Shown: one piece after another, positions 28,109 through 36,778 of the stretch
Layout: each line of letters starts with the position of its first letter
Numbering within the stretch: position 1 is the stretch's first letter
IMG/VR virus record: IMGVR_UViG_3300035158_000483
Span: 1 to 52,585 of that record
DNA from: a virus
Lineage: Duplodnaviria; Caudoviricetes
Strand: one strand, 5' to 3'
DNA length: 52,585 nt
The notes under the pieces: generated by a model
Told to the model about the DNA's origin: nothing
What the model saw: only the letters and a program-made list of their open reading frames with translations
The model's database searches: none
Program-made: the position numbers and the translations under genes

Positions 28109-28903
28109 TCATCGAATCTCTTGTAGGAGCGCCATATACTTACTATGCGAAATGGCCTCTTTCACGTCATCCCAGTTGGCGACCACCTCGCTCATTGGCC
28201 AGGGATTGCTCTTGCGCCGATCCGAGATCAGAGGCCCGTACGGCACTCCCAGGAAGTCGCAGATCTCTCGGACGGTCTCCTCGAGAACGCCTTCTGCGTC
28301 TCGCCCTTCGCCGCCCACGACGTCCCTGTAGGTCAGGTGCAGGACCTCGTTGGGCATATCGTCCAGCAGCCCCCTCATTCGCACCTGGTTTCTATCGTTC
28401 CTCTGCGCTCGCTTCATAAACCAGGTCGGATCGACGTCGAAGTGCGGCATCTCAGGCCGATCATCGCCCTCACAGATATGACCATACCGCGGGTCTTCTG
28501 TGTGCATGTTGACGGCCGCACTGAACGCTAACCGCAGCACGTTATCGCGTGTCAGGTGCATGACCTTCAAGTCGTTGGCGGAAATGAAGTCGAGTACGTG
28601 AGGGCCGACCTGGACGTACGTCACTTTGGCGCAGAGGACGCTCAGGGAGACCTGAGAGTAATAACGAGTCAGAACTTCAGCGTTGTTATCGCCCTTCTCG
28701 CGCCAGGGGGATCCAGGGAGAAGCACCTCGCCGTCGAAGGCTGAAATGTCGCTGTGGCTCCCCAGGCTGTCTATCAGGAACGAGCTGGCGGTGCGCATAT
28801 TGGCCACCACGATCGCGTCGTCGTAGCCGCGCTGTTTACGTGCCGATCTCACACAAGACTCAATCGAATCCAATAACAATCCTCTCTCAGCATCCGACCT
28901 CAA
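28109..28903 (-). CDS. Sulfotransferase, Stf0-like (264 aa)
   Basis: PAPS-loop-like IVVANMRTASSFLIDSLGSH...GEVL, 3'-phosphate-binding-like KVMHLTRDNVLRLAFS, LHLTYRDV, ICDFLGV and C-terminal VVANWDDV. Confidence 0.75.
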   Translation of the reverse strand: MRSDAERGLLLDSIESCVRSARKQRGYDDAIVVANMRTASSFLIDSLGSHSDISAFDGEVLLPGSPWREKGDNNAEVLTRYYSQVSLSVLCAKVTYVQVGPHVLDFISANDLKVMHLTRDNVLRLAFSAAVNMHTEDPRYGHICEGDDRPEMPHFDVDPTWFMKRAQRNDRNQVRMRGLLDDMPNEVLHLTYRDVVGGEGRDAEGVLEETVREICDFLGVPYGPLISDRRKSNPWPMSEVVANWDDVKEAISHSKYMALLQEIR

Positions 28904-29044
28904 CTCCCTTGCCTCAGCTCTTCACCACTATGAGAGGCCAGCCCCCTCCCCTGCTGGCCGATTCTTCCACCCTCCGGACTTTCACCGGCTAAGGAGGCAA
29001 CGGAATAGAGGACGCACGAGCGGCAAAACCCGTGCGTGGCAAGG

Positions 29045-29097
29045 ATTGTACCATTCGACTGTACGTTAGTCAAGTACCTACTGTACGCCCGTCAAAT
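29045..29097 (-). promoter_or_regulatory. Leftward sigma70-type promoter with tandem operators at the arm divergence
   Basis: TTGACT (29073-29068), 17 nt, extended -10 TGG-TACAAT (29050-29045); operators at 29058-29075 and 29080-29097. Confidence 0.7.
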
Positions 29098-29229
29098 GGC
29101 CTACCACCTCAGAGATGTGCGTGGGGATCATATTATTTGTACGTTCGTTCAAAGTGAACGGTGGGGGGGTCTACCCGTCCCCATAGGGGTAGGCCCCCCC
29201 CACCCCATCCCCCCACGGAGGTCCCTACG

Positions 29230-29541
29230 ATGAAGGTCTCGACGCACGTCCACGAGAAGGATCAGGTGAAGCGCGTCAAGGACTACGGCTATCCGCTGGT
29301 CCAGGACGCCTTACGCGAGGTCAAGCAGACGTTGATCTCGGAGCTGGAGACTGACTGCCCGGAGAAGAGTATCGCTGTTGCTCTTCGTGACTGGTCGGGC
29401 AAGGCTATTCACAAGACTGGGCATTCCACAGGCACGGACTTGGTGGCCATTGTCCGGCGTGGCGTAGTGCACACGTTCCTCAACGCTGACAACTTGCACA
29501 CGGACGCTCTCAACGTGACCCGCCTGATCTTCGCCCCATAG
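29230..29541 (+). CDS. Hypothetical early protein (103 aa)
   Basis: GGAGG ribosome-binding site before ATG 29230 (MKVSTHVHEK). Confidence 0.7.
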   Translation: MKVSTHVHEKDQVKRVKDYGYPLVQDALREVKQTLISELETDCPEKSIAVALRDWSGKAIHKTGHSTGTDLVAIVRRGVVHTFLNADNLHTDALNVTRLIFAP

Positions 29542-29646
29542 TCGATAACCAGGGTGCTATGCCCTGGTACGTGTGGTTGGTGACCACGCGCTGATGAGAC
29601 AGCCATAGGGGCGCTCACAGTATCACCCCATTGGAGGTAAATCACA

Positions 29647-30129
29647 ATGGCTACCGCTAACACGATCTTGGAGAACGCTTCCGTTGAGCAGATCGCACAG
29701 GTTGACGGCATTGGTGTGGCTCTGGCGCAGCGGATCAAGGACGGGCTGCCGTACGAGGACTTCTCGCATATGGTGGCCACCGTCAATGGCCTGGGCAACA
29801 AGAACAGCCAGGCCCTGCACGAGGCGCTCTCTGAAGCTACCAAGCGAGAGAACGCCACCTACGACGACAGCCGTGAGTATCGCCGTGGCCAGGGCAGCAC
29901 ACGGTGCTACGCCGTGATCGCTCGCTCGGACAAGGGCACGTTCCTGGTAGAGGCCGTCAAGGCTGACCAGCAGAGCGATGTGGAGGAGAAGCACGCTCAG
30001 GCACGTAAGGCTCTGCTGACCTGGATGGAGGAGCGCCCGGACGTGCGCTTCAGCTTGCGCCAGGTGGCTCTGTCTATGTTCAACAACTGGATCAATCAGG
30101 GTAAGCGCTGCCTGCCCCTGACCAACTGA
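29647..30129 (+). CDS. Helix-hairpin-helix DNA-binding protein (160 aa)
   Basis: NASVEQIAQVDGIGVALAQRI...VNGLG is a double HhH. Confidence 0.75.
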   Translation: MATANTILENASVEQIAQVDGIGVALAQRIKDGLPYEDFSHMVATVNGLGNKNSQALHEALSEATKRENATYDDSREYRRGQGSTRCYAVIARSDKGTFLVEAVKADQQSDVEEKHAQARKALLTWMEERPDVRFSLRQVALSMFNNWINQGKRCLPLTN

Positions 30130-30133
30130 GGTA

Positions 30134-30223
30134 ATGATGAATCTACTAGACCTAGGCTCACTCGTTCTGCTCGCCGGCGCAGCGTATGGGCTGTTCTCTC
30201 TATGCAAGGAGGTCTACCGATGA
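30134..30223 (+). CDS. Small membrane peptide (29 aa)
   Basis: MMNLLDLGSLVLLAGAAYGLFSLCKEVYR with a GAGGT ribosome-binding site. Confidence 0.5.
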   Translation: MMNLLDLGSLVLLAGAAYGLFSLCKEVYR

Positions 30224-30321
30224 GAGCCTTCCTCACAGCCCTGGTCCTGCTCACGCTCATAGGCATAGCTGCATACGCCTGTGTCTACGCCCCTACAGTC
30301 TCCAGTCTTGGAGGCTTCTAG
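30220..30321 (+). CDS. Small membrane peptide (33 aa)
   Basis: MRAFLTALVLLTLIGIAAYACVYAPTVSSLGGF; AAGGAGG ribosome-binding site and ATGA overlap. Confidence 0.55.
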   Translation: MRAFLTALVLLTLIGIAAYACVYAPTVSSLGGF

Positions 30322-30371
30322 CATTCCCTTGCACTGAACGTTCGTCAAGTTAGAATACCCCAGGAGGTACG

Positions 30372-30584
30372 ATGTCTTTCTCACGGATCTACTCGTATGA
30401 CAGGCCCTCGAAGTACTACATTTTGGATGGTTTCGTTATCGCTGCTGATGAACTGACCAAGGAAGAAGCCTTCCGCCTAGCCCACGGCGAGGGCGATGGC
30501 CCCTTCAATACGTATGGTGAGGCCGCTGCCGTAGCCCCCCTGCCTGAGACTCAAGAGACCGAATCGAACGCAATCCCGATCTAG
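30372..30584 (+). CDS. Hypothetical protein (70 aa)
   Basis: AGGAGG ribosome-binding site; preceded by TTGCAC-16-TAGAAT and an operator at 30333-30350. Confidence 0.65.
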   Translation: MSFSRIYSYDRPSKYYILDGFVIAADELTKEEAFRLAHGEGDGPFNTYGEAAAVAPLPETQETESNAIPI

Positions 30585-30698
30585 AATCACCCCCCCCTGG
30601 CCTCAGTGCCAGGGGCTAGTCTCTTTCCGAGACGGAAGGAGGCTGGCCCCTGTCGCGGAGAGTCCGCGCAGGCAATAGACCCCAAGGAGGTCAATACG

Positions 30699-31115
30699 AT
30701 GATTCAGGAAATCACACTGATCGGCCGGCTCGGGCAGGACCCGGAGATGCGCTACACCAAGAACGGAACCGCTGTGACCAACTTCTCGCTGGCCACGTCG
30801 CGCAAGTACACGAGCAACGGCGAGCAGGTCGAAGAGGTCACCTGGTGGAAGGTCACCGTGTGGCGTCGCCAGGCCGAGACGTGCAATGAGTTCCTGCACA
30901 AAGGCGCGATGGTGCGCGTCCGTGGCCGTATGGGCGGCAACCGCGTGAGCAAGAGCGAGGGCAAGTTCTATATCGAGCCCAACATATGGACCGGTCAGGA
31001 CGGTGAGCCGCGTTGCCAGTTCGAGGTCAACGCGCAGCACGTCAAGTTCCTGGACTACAACCCGGACAAGGCCCAAGCACCGCAGAGCAACGGATCTCCG
31101 GAAATCCCCTTCTAG
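30699..31115 (+). CDS. ssb: Single-stranded DNA-binding protein
   Basis: ITLIGRLGQDPEMRYT, NFSLATSR and WWKVTVW, with a C-terminal EIPF. Confidence 0.95.
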   Translation: MIQEITLIGRLGQDPEMRYTKNGTAVTNFSLATSRKYTSNGEQVEEVTWWKVTVWRRQAETCNEFLHKGAMVRVRGRMGGNRVSKSEGKFYIEPNIWTGQDGEPRCQFEVNAQHVKFLDYNPDKAQAPQSNGSPEIPF

Positions 31116-31137
31116 CCGGCCCTAGTCCTCACGCAAG

Positions 31138-31169
31138 AAGCCTCTGGTCTCGCGGCCAGGGGCTTTTTT
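31138..31169 (+). terminator. Intrinsic terminator after ssb
   Basis: AAGCCTCTGGTC-TCGC-GGCCAGGGGCTT followed by a T-run. Confidence 0.7.
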
Positions 31170-31217
31170 GCATCCTGGGCGTCACCGTGGCGTCCCTTTA
31201 GTCCTATGGAGGTAACG

Positions 31218-32204
31218 ATGCTTATCACCCGCAAAACCGCCCTGGATCGCCTGGCGCACTACTTCGCACCGCCGCAGGAAGAGATGGTGCGCCAAGCCTT
31301 CGCCAACGAGCCGCCCGAGATGATCAAGGACGTGCTCGTGAACAGTGCCAAGGGCGTTCTCGCCGGCGGCACCTGGGTCTCGTCGCCTGAGGAGGCCAGG
31401 CAGGACCTGGCGTGGATCGAGGCCGTGGACTGGTCGGCGTTCGCTTCCGTGACGGAAGAGATGCTGCCGATTCCAGCCCCCTACCCCACCCCCGAGCCGG
31501 ACCTCACACCCATTGTAGAAGCCGTACTCACGCAGCCGGCGCAACCGACCGCGATGACCGATCTCGTCGCCAAGGCCGTGGAGTATCTGTACCTTGAGCT
31601 TGGCCAGGAGGACTGGAGCGTGGAGGAGTGCCTGCAGTTCCACGTCAACCTTGCCCAGGCACAGCGTCTAGCTCTACACGAAGAACACTGGGAGAGCCGT
31701 CTCGATGCCGCCCTCACCTGGATGATCGAGGAAGGCGCTACCGAGGACGATATGAGCGCCTGGTTCGACGTCATTGGCCAGTTCGGCGTCGGCGTCAGCC
31801 GCTATGAGGACAACGAGGACGTCGGCTGGCACCACGTCTTCCGCACCCCCGACCTGCCCCGCGTCGAGATGGAGTACAGCCCCAAGACAGCCGCCAGACT
31901 GGCCGAGCTGCCGGCTGACAAAGGCGGAATCCCCCACCCCGAGCAGCTCTACAACGCCCTCGCCCGCGAACCCGCTTCCGTCACGGAACCCGCCCCGCAG
32001 AACCCCCACGGCCGGCGCTTCGTCGTGCTCTGCAAGTTCAAGGACGGCTACAAGGTCGTCTACGCCGCTAAGACCAAGAGCAAGGCCCAGGAAGCGATGA
32101 AACGCGCTAACCAGCAATGGCACGCCTTCACCAAGATGCGCCCACCCAAGGGCGACGAAGTACAGCGTTGGATGGCCGCCAGAGAGCCCGTAGAGGCCCT
32201 ATAG
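31218..32204 (+). CDS. Hypothetical protein (about 328 aa)
   Basis: GGAGG ribosome-binding site before ATG 31218. Confidence 0.7.
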   Translation: MLITRKTALDRLAHYFAPPQEEMVRQAFANEPPEMIKDVLVNSAKGVLAGGTWVSSPEEARQDLAWIEAVDWSAFASVTEEMLPIPAPYPTPEPDLTPIVEAVLTQPAQPTAMTDLVAKAVEYLYLELGQEDWSVEECLQFHVNLAQAQRLALHEEHWESRLDAALTWMIEEGATEDDMSAWFDVIGQFGVGVSRYEDNEDVGWHHVFRTPDLPRVEMEYSPKTAARLAELPADKGGIPHPEQLYNALAREPASVTEPAPQNPHGRRFVVLCKFKDGYKVVYAAKTKSKAQEAMKRANQQWHAFTKMRPPKGDEVQRWMAAREPVEAL

Positions 32205-32205
32205 C

Positions 32206-32284
32206 ACTGTACGAAAGTACAAGCACGACTTGACAAACGTTCAGTAGATTGTATAATGGAGCGCACACTGAACGAACGTTCAAA
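32206..32284 (+). promoter_or_regulatory. Consensus sigma70 promoter with three operators
   Basis: TTGACA (32230-32235), 16 nt, TATAAT (32252-32257); operators start at 32206, 32228 and 32267. Confidence 0.8.
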
Positions 32285-32365
32285 AAGCACGCGCAGGAAA
32301 TGGCAGATCGAGCGTGTGTGTGCGTGAGACGATAACCACGCAAGCCCCATAGGAGGCAGAATCTG

Positions 32366-32611
32366 ATGTCTAGCCCGATGGCCCGGATGGGCAACCCCTA
32401 CGAGATCACCCCTGTTGACCGTGCTGCAGAGGACTTCCAGGCTTCCGTGACAGACGAGTGGACCGGTAAGGTCTGCCCTGAGTGCGGAGAGCTGACCGAC
32501 TTCGAGATCACCTTCAACCGCATTGGAGCTCACGTCACTTGCCCCGAATGCGGCTATCCCCGCGACGTTGAGCCTTACGAGGCTCCTGCAGTGCTACCCA
32601 GGAGGATTTGA
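32366..32611 (+). CDS. Zinc-ribbon protein (81 aa)
   Basis: CPECG...CPECG. Confidence 0.7.
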   Translation: MSSPMARMGNPYEITPVDRAAEDFQASVTDEWTGKVCPECGELTDFEITFNRIGAHVTCPECGYPRDVEPYEAPAVLPRRI

Positions 32612-32952
32612 TGCCTACAGTCTACTGTGACGAATGCGCTAAGCCGCTCTCCACGTCCGAAGCCTTCCTCACCGAAGGCGGAGGAGCGTTGTGTGCTGAG
32701 CACGCCCCACCCGCTCAGATCGAGATCCAGGTAGACCGATGCCGCCAGCCTCTGTGTCCGCAGTGTGGGACGCCGTTGGAGTGCAACGCGGCTCTCTACT
32801 ACAACGCCCTGATCCTGCACGTTGAAGAGGGCTCGCTGATCCCCTCGCTCTCCTACGAGAAGCCAGACTCTACGCAAGTCCTCACCCTGCAATGCCCAAC
32901 GTGTGATTTCTCCGTTGATCGAGAGGTCACGGATATCGTCTTCACTAGCTAG
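32611..32952 (+). CDS. Zinc-finger protein (about 113 aa)
   Basis: CDEC...CAEH and CPQC...CPTC. Confidence 0.65.
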   Translation: MPTVYCDECAKPLSTSEAFLTEGGGALCAEHAPPAQIEIQVDRCRQPLCPQCGTPLECNAALYYNALILHVEEGSLIPSLSYEKPDSTQVLTLQCPTCDFSVDREVTDIVFTS

Positions 32953-32962
32953 GAGGTCAACA

Positions 32963-33403
32963 ATGCCTAAGTTCTCTCTCTTTTCCGTCTCGGAAGATGA
33001 AGGCGGCTACGAGATTCTGCGTGCTCAAGTGGAGTTTCGATGGCCCTTCTACTTCCTGATCGTGGCCCAGTTCGCCACGCCAGCCGATCCCCTGATCGGA
33101 GTCACCAGGCTGTACCACCTTTCGATCACTCGTCACCTACGCTCGATCACGCTCTTGGATGGCCCTGCCTACCAGTACGACGGGCCAGGGACGTTCCTGA
33201 CGCGTTCCAAGAGCTGGTACTTCCGACCCAACGCTTGGTACGATCTCTACTTCGACCGTGAAACCGAGACCGCGATTGCTGTCTGTGGCCACCACGTCGC
33301 AACCCACAACGATCCCGACAAGGCCCACGGCCCCCTTTGGACAGCGTTCAAGGAGGCAGCTTCTCGCGGTTGGTTTGACAGTCTGCCGGAGCTCCCGTTC
33401 TGA
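32963..33403 (+). CDS. Hypothetical protein (146 aa)
   Basis: AGGAGG ribosome-binding site before MPKFSL; ends ELPF. Confidence 0.65.
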   Translation: MPKFSLFSVSEDEGGYEILRAQVEFRWPFYFLIVAQFATPADPLIGVTRLYHLSITRHLRSITLLDGPAYQYDGPGTFLTRSKSWYFRPNAWYDLYFDRETETAIAVCGHHVATHNDPDKAHGPLWTAFKEAASRGWFDSLPELPF

Positions 33404-33457
33404 CCTGGTCGGGGCGGTCGCAAGGCCGCCCCACCCCCCTACCCCATAGGAGGCACG

Positions 33458-33553
33458 ATGTCCGTTCGGCTGCAAGGGTTCCTTGCCTGCGCTGTGGTCG
33501 CACCGGCCGCAGTATGCGTCCTCGCTTTACTCATTGAAAGGATAAGAAGCTAA
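33458..33553 (+). CDS. Small membrane peptide (31 aa)
   Basis: CCCCATAGGAGG upstream; MSVRLQGFLACAVVAPAAVCVLALLIERIRS. Confidence 0.5.
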   Translation: MSVRLQGFLACAVVAPAAVCVLALLIERIRS

Positions 33554-33556
33554 CCG

Positions 33557-34231
33557 ATGAAAGAGACACTCAAGAAGACGCTCACGCTGATGCTCAGAGC
33601 GCACATACTGGGCACATTCAAGCTCAACCACGCCTACAACCTCGGTGTGGTCCAGGCCTCGAAGATGGTCTTGGAGAGTATGGATATGGAGGAGCGCGTC
33701 GTAGAGACCCTGCTCAACCGCGCCTCGATGTGGGCTAACGACAAGTGCCCCGGCCTTCGCGATGTGCCCAAGACGTGCCAGCCAGGGTGCGATGATTGCA
33801 CCAAGTGGGTCAACGGAGCGGTGGCCACGTACCTCGCCGGCGCGACCAACCTGCCAGTCCCACCCCTCACAGAGCAACTCACTTTCGGCGTCTGGTACAT
33901 AACGCAGTGCCCTGGCCGGCATTGCTTGAAGGAGGACTTTCGCTTCGATCCTGGGATCACGCACCAGAAGGTGAAGGATATCCAGGCCGCGTCGCTCGAT
34001 GACGCCTACCGTAGGATGCAGGGGTACAACTGGTCGCCCAACGGTGAGGCTCGCCCCTTGATCGAGTCCTTGGAGGGCGTTAGCCACACGTCGATGTCTA
34101 TCGGTGACGTGCTCAGGCCGCACGAGTTGGGCAAGATGGCTTTCGTCGCCCTGCCGAGCTTCTCGCAAGACTACTGGCACTGGGCGTCTCCAGCCAGAGT
34201 CCGCGAGCTCGTCCGCACTGACGTACTGTAG
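33557..34231 (+). CDS. Protein with a YodL-like C-terminal domain (224 aa)
   Basis: LDDAYRRMQ...SHTSMSIGDVL resembles the YodL signature. Confidence 0.55.
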   Translation: MKETLKKTLTLMLRAHILGTFKLNHAYNLGVVQASKMVLESMDMEERVVETLLNRASMWANDKCPGLRDVPKTCQPGCDDCTKWVNGAVATYLAGATNLPVPPLTEQLTFGVWYITQCPGRHCLKEDFRFDPGITHQKVKDIQAASLDDAYRRMQGYNWSPNGEARPLIESLEGVSHTSMSIGDVLRPHELGKMAFVALPSFSQDYWHWASPARVRELVRTDVL

Positions 34232-34457
34232 CTAAGTCTTCCGTGACGGAAGCTCATACAGTTTCCGTCACGGAACTACCCCAGGAGGATACCGTGAATC
34301 GCTACGGAGTGATCGTTGGTCGCGCCCGCGTTATGACCGTTCACGCTGAAGACGAAGAGGAGGCCAAGGACAAGGCCGATAGCCAATTGAACAAGCCCGG
34401 ACGCCAGCACATTCGGAAACGCTGGCGTCAGCAGGGCAAGAGAGTGAAGGAGATGTC

Positions 34458-34832
34458 GTGAAGATAGGCGCTGATGACCAGACCCTGATCCACAAGCCCG
34501 ATGACGAAGATGGCCAGTACATAACCGTCCGAGAGCTGTTCGAGCAGGGTCGGGCGATTGTGACCTTCATTGACGCGTTCCAGCGCTACCTGGTCGTCTT
34601 CCACAACGGGCAGATGCTCACTGGCTTCGAGGCCAAGGAGGAGGTCTTCGACGAGTTCGGTGACGAGGAGGCTCCTATGGCGCTGTGGAAGGTGGGCCTC
34701 TCCATAGCAGCCGCCGTGCTGGTCTCGCAGGTGGCGCTGTACTTCTTGGTTCAGCTTACGGGTTGGCAGTCGATGTGGTGGCGGCCGCTGCTGGCCACCA
34801 CGATTGCGGTGCCGATCCTCTTAGTGATATAG
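34458..34832 (+). CDS. Hypothetical membrane protein (124 aa)
   Basis: Two C-terminal hydrophobic segments. Confidence 0.55.
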   Translation: MKIGADDQTLIHKPDDEDGQYITVRELFEQGRAIVTFIDAFQRYLVVFHNGQMLTGFEAKEEVFDEFGDEEAPMALWKVGLSIAAAVLVSQVALYFLVQLTGWQSMWWRPLLATTIAVPILLVI

Positions 34833-34848
34833 CCCCATAGGAGGCAGG

Positions 34849-35328
34849 ATGTACCTGGACGATGCTCTTCTCAAGGCACTCAAGCCGGCGCCCCAGACGT
34901 CGGCCTCACTTGCGGAGGAGATAAACCGCGACAGCCGCAAGGTCGCAGGCCGCTTGCGCTCTCTCCGCAACGACGATCTGGTCACATACAGGGATGGTCT
35001 TTGGAGCCTGACCCCTCGCGGCCGAGAAGCCGCTGAGATTATGGCAGACAATGGGAGCGACAATGGTCGCAATCTCGAAGACCTTCCCAACTACAACGTG
35101 CTCGGAGACCGCCTGGGCCTGATCTGGCCCCCGGATTCCGAGACGGAAGCGAAGCTCGGCGATCCCGGTCTGTGCCGGGTCTGCGGTGCGCGGTGTGTCT
35201 GGCAGAACCTGATCGGTGACGTCTGGATCGGGGCCTGCACGGTCGTTGGTCTAGGCGATCACCGCTCCGAGCACGTCATTACCCAGTCGGAACTCAAGGC
35301 GTACAGCGCAGACAACCCCGCATTCTAA
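34849..35328 (+). CDS. Winged-HTH protein with a C-terminal Cys cluster (159 aa)
   Basis: SASLAEEINRDSRKVAGRLRSLRNDDLV...WSLTPRG and CRVCGARC. Confidence 0.6.
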   Translation: MYLDDALLKALKPAPQTSASLAEEINRDSRKVAGRLRSLRNDDLVTYRDGLWSLTPRGREAAEIMADNGSDNGRNLEDLPNYNVLGDRLGLIWPPDSETEAKLGDPGLCRVCGARCVWQNLIGDVWIGACTVVGLGDHRSEHVITQSELKAYSADNPAF

Positions 35329-35419
35329 CCTCTCTCTTCCGTGACGGAAGCCCTATCTTCCGTCACGGAAAACTCCCCCTCATAGACGTATCCGACAGTC
35401 TACGATTATCTCCGGTTTC

Positions 35420-35471
35420 ACTTAACGCACGTTCAGTTACGTGGTACAATTGCACTGAACTTTCGTTCAGT
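35420..35471 (+). promoter_or_regulatory. Promoter with two operators upstream of the methyltransferase-helicase operon
   Basis: TTAACG (35422), 17 nt, TACAAT (35445); operators at 35420-35437 and 35454-35471. Confidence 0.65.
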
Positions 35472-35626
35472 CCATATACAAGGAGGACGACCTTGAACGC
35501 TCTCACAGCGTCTGGACAGATCGTGTCTCGCAACTCGATTCCGGCTGATGATGGGTTCCACCAGGCGATACCGAACACTGAAGACCTTGTCTCGTTGAGC
35601 TAACCCCATAGGAGGAAAACAGTACG

Positions 35627-36778
35627 ATGTCTGACGATAGGACACTGATCTGGGAACTCTCTCACTGGCAGAAGCGCCGCTTGCCGGATATCCAGAAGGA
35701 GCTGGCTGAGCTGTTGGCGCTCAAGCCTGAGTTTGCTACCGGCAAGAAGCCCTTCCCTGGGATTCCGTACGTTCCCTATGACTGGGCTGATGTCAAGCAC
35801 GACGAAGATCGCAAGCACACGTCCGAGCCGCACCGTTACATAGAGACTGAACACGGTCGCGTCTACCTCTACAACTTCCGCGACGGCGGCCTCACTCGGT
35901 ACGAGGGCTCGTACCGCTACTTCCCCCTGCTGGTGCCGCGCACCAAACAGGGTTGGAAGATGCAGATCCCGCAAGAGGGCTACCTCGAATACGACGTGAT
36001 GTCGGGAGTCACGACGGTCTACGACGAAGAGGACAACGAGCTGGCCGACCTGCAGCTGGAAACAGCGATGGACACCCGCTCCCCGGACACCCTGGCCGAT
36101 ATGGCCAAGGAGCAATTGGCCCTGAAGGGGATTCCGATATGGCCGGCCCAGATGTACGCAGTCAACACGGAGCACTTCCCCTGGCCGATCAAGAAGCGAC
36201 ACCTCGGCTACGCCTATATCAGCAACGACGAGGTGCGCGTCCCCCTGGTCGGTGTGGTCGCTGACCTGGAGACTGAGGAGTATATCTACGTGCATATGGT
36301 CGGTCACGAGTCGAACGTGCGCAGCATTCTGGCCACGTTCAACACGTCGCGTCGGAAGCATATCCGCACGAACACGAGCCTCGGCGGATTGTCCACCTAC
36401 TCCAGCCACAACTACCGCACCTATCACCGGCCAGTAGGAGACCGGCTGATGTCCACGATCCTGGTGGACAACCGGTGCCTGGAGCAGCAGGTGAACGACT
36501 ATGGCTACCTGTTGCGCCGGCGCGACGAAGCCGGCATAGACCCCGGTGAAGCTTTCGCCGCACGCCTCAACTCCGTGCTGACCGTCCCCGTGCTCCGTGA
36601 ATGGGGCGATATCCTTCTCAAAGAAGGCACCAACAGGAAGATCGCACGGCAGATTCACGCGGCCGGTGACGTGCCTGTGGCGTACGCTGTCACCCGCAGC
36701 GAGCGTTGGCAGAAGCTGATTCAGTCTCTACTCGACGAAGGCAAAATCTCAGTCCCCAGCCCCAAGGAGGTAAGCTAA
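35627..36778 (+). CDS. Hypothetical protein (383 aa) coupled to the methyltransferase-helicase
   Basis: Strong ribosome-binding site; TAATG overlap with the next gene. Confidence 0.75.
   Translation: MSDDRTLIWELSHWQKRRLPDIQKELAELLALKPEFATGKKPFPGIPYVPYDWADVKHDEDRKHTSEPHRYIETEHGRVYLYNFRDGGLTRYEGSYRYFPLLVPRTKQGWKMQIPQEGYLEYDVMSGVTTVYDEEDNELADLQLETAMDTRSPDTLADMAKEQLALKGIPIWPAQMYAVNTEHFPWPIKKRHLGYAYISNDEVRVPLVGVVADLETEEYIYVHMVGHESNVRSILATFNTSRRKHIRTNTSLGGLSTYSSHNYRTYHRPVGDRLMSTILVDNRCLEQQVNDYGYLLRRRDEAGIDPGEAFAARLNSVLTVPVLREWGDILLKEGTNRKIARQIHAAGDVPVAYAVTRSERWQKLIQSLLDEGKISVPSPKEVS

Noticed and set aside
34239-35370. CRISPR array from paired palindromes
   Set aside because: The repeats are 13 bp, dispersed, lack regular spacers and have no cas genes.
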